From Oopsacas minuta (lineage: Eukaryota > Animalia > Porifera), in assembly GCA_024704765.1 (NCBI GenBank), contig JAKMXF010000333.1:1-64000 (forward strand): a stretch of DNA of 64,000 bases, in the 5' to 3' direction. The notes below the pieces were generated by a model. That model did no database searches. It was not told where the DNA came from and saw only the letters and a program-made list of their open reading frames with translations. Below, piece after piece: positions 61,541 to 64,000 of this stretch (positions within the stretch are counted from its first letter, which is position 1; the number at the start of each line of letters is the position of its first letter). Made by a program: the position numbers and the translations under genes.

Positions 61541-62122
61541 CTAAACAAATAATTGAATCTCTAAAGCACCAGCTGCACAAGAAAGTATACCCGACATTTT
61601 CCCATCTATCATACTACAAGATACCTTCACTGTTACATCCCCTTGAGGAGGAGAAATACCTTCTTGTTCAATTGTAGTTGTTTCTGGATTGATGTAAGTA
61701 TCCATTAGAAACCACCGGACGTTGTATTCGCTTTCTTTCATGGCTATTAAATAAACTGGTCGAACCTGAAAGTGTGAATTTGGAATTGTATTTACCCATA
61801 TTTCTGTGCCAGTAGAATCCTTTACTGAAAGTAGTTTAAAGGAAAATAATACGAAATTTTTTGAGTTGAATTCTACGCTCTCCTGTAGTTCTGATCAATC
61901 AAGGCCATCGGATATTCTTAAAACCAAAGGATATTGACAATCATTTAACTGGTGAAAAGTGTTGAAAGTAATCGAAAAACTGTCTGTTTTTACAACCATT
62001 GGATATGATATACAAATTCCTACATTAAGCTGATTAGAGTTGTGCACACATATTGGAGGTCTTTTGCAAACGTAATGTTAGCACGTTGTGAAGTTACTAG
62101 TTTGCATGCCTGGAGCAAGCAA
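61541..62122 (-). mobile_element. Transib/RAG1-like transposase relic
   Basis: One frame with two stops: ...RISDGLD*S...IWVNTIPNSHFQVRPVYLIAMKES...VSCSMIDGKMSGILS. This parallels Transib DG...W.N..PSS...CRP....KET...M.DGK. Confidence 0.6.
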
Positions 62123-62269
62123 TTCTCAGTCTTCAATAACCGTTTTAAATGAGAGTACTTCTGTTTACCAATTTCAAGCTGGTAAAGAAGGAAGGTTGCC
62201 TTATTCTGGTAAAGCTAATAAAGAATTATATGAACTTAATGGTCTAGCTATATATTGAACTTAATGAGC

Positions 62270-62900
62270 TGATATACCTAGCTGATTGGGGTAACTGTCG
62301 TATGCAAGTTGTTACTTTTGAAGGAAACTGCGTCACTTATTTTGGAGAAGACATATTTAGAATCCATTTGGCGGAGCATAGTAGTAACATAAGATCACGT
62401 CTTAGTTACGGACTAAAGGTAGCGAGTACTGATACCAGAGGATCAGGAGAGGAGGAGCTAGATTAATCTACAGGACTCTGTACAGACTATAACGGAGATC
62501 TGTATATAGCTGATAGTAGCAATCACCGAGTTTGTATTTATTCAAATGAACTTAAATTCCTAAATTATTTGGGTACTCAACAGCTGATTACCCCTATAGA
62601 TGTTAAAGTAACTCCAAACAGCATTTTAGTGTTAGACAGGAGTCCAAATTGTGTCCACTTCTTCTCTAGAAGTGGACACACCTAATAACTCGTGTGCTAC
62701 TCAAGGGTGGTCGGATATGGTTTATAACCCATTCTTCTTCTGTTTGGACCCATCAGTGAATATTCTCATTACCGATTATTCCTGTGACGAAATCAAGATA
62801 CTCTCTCCTTCAGAGGGACTACTAAATGATATAGCGGAGAGAGGGTGTGTAAGATGGGAACTTAATCCTCCACCTGGTATTTTTCTCTCAATTTGGAATT
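62270..62900 (+). pseudogene. NHL-repeat pseudogene fragment
   Basis: GSGEEELD*STGLCTDYNGDLYIADSSNHRVCIYS...PIDVKV; PFFFCLDPSVNILITD; frameshifts and stops. Confidence 0.75.
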
Positions 62901-64000
62901 ATATTTATTTCATCAAGTGATATGATTATTATTAATAATATTTAGTTATTTGTGTTATCATCAACAAATATTTAGATAAAATGACATAAATCCACATTCC
63001 AAATTTCTGTTTAGTTGCCAGGTTTATATTCATATATTAGTTTTTCACACCGTGGGCAATAATGTCTGACACTAATTTTCCTGTTTCGACAATGACACCA
63101 GAAAATGCAAGGTAAACAAATCCAAATACCAAGTAAACAAAATAATCAACAAACACAAATAAACACTATACTGGACATCACACAGCCTCTTCTATAATTT
63201 ATAAATGTGAAAACGTGTTTGCCACAAATTGGACACAAAACGAATTGGCTTTTATCCTCCAGTTCTGTCAAATCTTTTGGCAGGGGTCCAATAATTTGGG
63301 CGGGAGGGGTGTAGTACTATTCCTGTGGTTCAATATGAATTCTTTTAAATTCGTGTCGCCATGATGGTGACACACCTCGAACTACTTTTTATTTCGAGCT
63401 CACTCTGTGGTAACTTAACTTCCTTATAAGGAAATTTCCTTGATAATAGCTATGACACAATGTGGCAAAGAGTGGCTGTTCAAATGATGAACACGTTACA
63501 AAGGTGAAATATGAAAACCGCTTTATGGTGGTGAATAACACCATGAGTCAAGAGCATAGTCCAATAAATAACAATTGATAATATGGATCTAAACAGCTGA
63601 TAAATTTCAACATCCAATCTCACATATATTTATTGTATAGATATGTTTTCCTATTTTTTATTTGTTTGTTTGTTTGTTTCCTGTAAATTATATTAAATAA
63701 GATTTACTTTCCTTCAAAATAGTATAATTTGTTTTGTTGTTTGTTTTCGATTGTTTGTTTGTTTGTTGTATATCTATCAATATAATTTATCTAGGACAAT
63801 TTGTTATTGTCTTAGCCCTCTGTCATTATGTAACTGGGACTATAAACAGTAGACTCCGCTTAATAGTACCACCGGTTAATCGGTCCAAATGCCTCTGGTA
63901 CCGATGTGGCCCTATAAAGCGGAGTATACTAGGTTGTCCAAAAAGTTCGCGGAATTTTATCCCTAGTTTGTGTTATATACACTCTATCAATTAGCCTATT

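Noticed and set aside
63655-63775. (TTTG)n-like tracts, also (TA)n near 7760 and (AAAC)n near 48685
   Set aside because: Ordinary microsatellite or low-complexity sequence; no spacer-repeat periodicity, so not CRISPR.

Overview
AT-rich eukaryotic (animal) genomic DNA with GT-AG introns and dense transposon debris. The gene content (NHL and TRAF-like expansions, SRCR-EGF, Delta-type domains, compact introns) suggests a sponge, possibly the glass sponge Oopsacas minuta; this is an inference, not verified. No rRNA, tRNA or CRISPR array was recognised. I reconstructed two multi-exon genes by hand with consistent splice phases. (1) 46512-55386 (+), 4 exons, about 2160 aa: signal peptide, Notch-ligand MNNL/C2 and DSL domains, cbEGF, 13 FN3, 2 EGF, HRM, GAIN/GPS, one TM helix and an NPxY tail. 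This Delta / adhesion-GPCR-ectodomain chimera is the best novelty candidate. (2) 12786-26073 (+), 10 exons, about 1507 aa: an RCC1-repeat protein (claret/GLO-4-like) whose introns hold an intact DD37E Tc1-like transposon, a possible mini-HLH ORF and a nested antisense SRCR-EGF receptor. Other highlights are an intronless 2OG-Fe(II) oxygenase + F-box + actin-fold fusion, a bacterial-type V8-like protease + beta-trefoil gene (two disabled copies), a Transib/RAG1-like transposase relic and an orphan 401-aa membrane-anchored ORF. The rest is NHL, TRIM, TRAF, RING and Ras genes or pseudogenes, three mariner elements, and P, hAT, MULE, Helitron-like and MITE elements. All domain calls are by-eye motif recognition; no searches were run.
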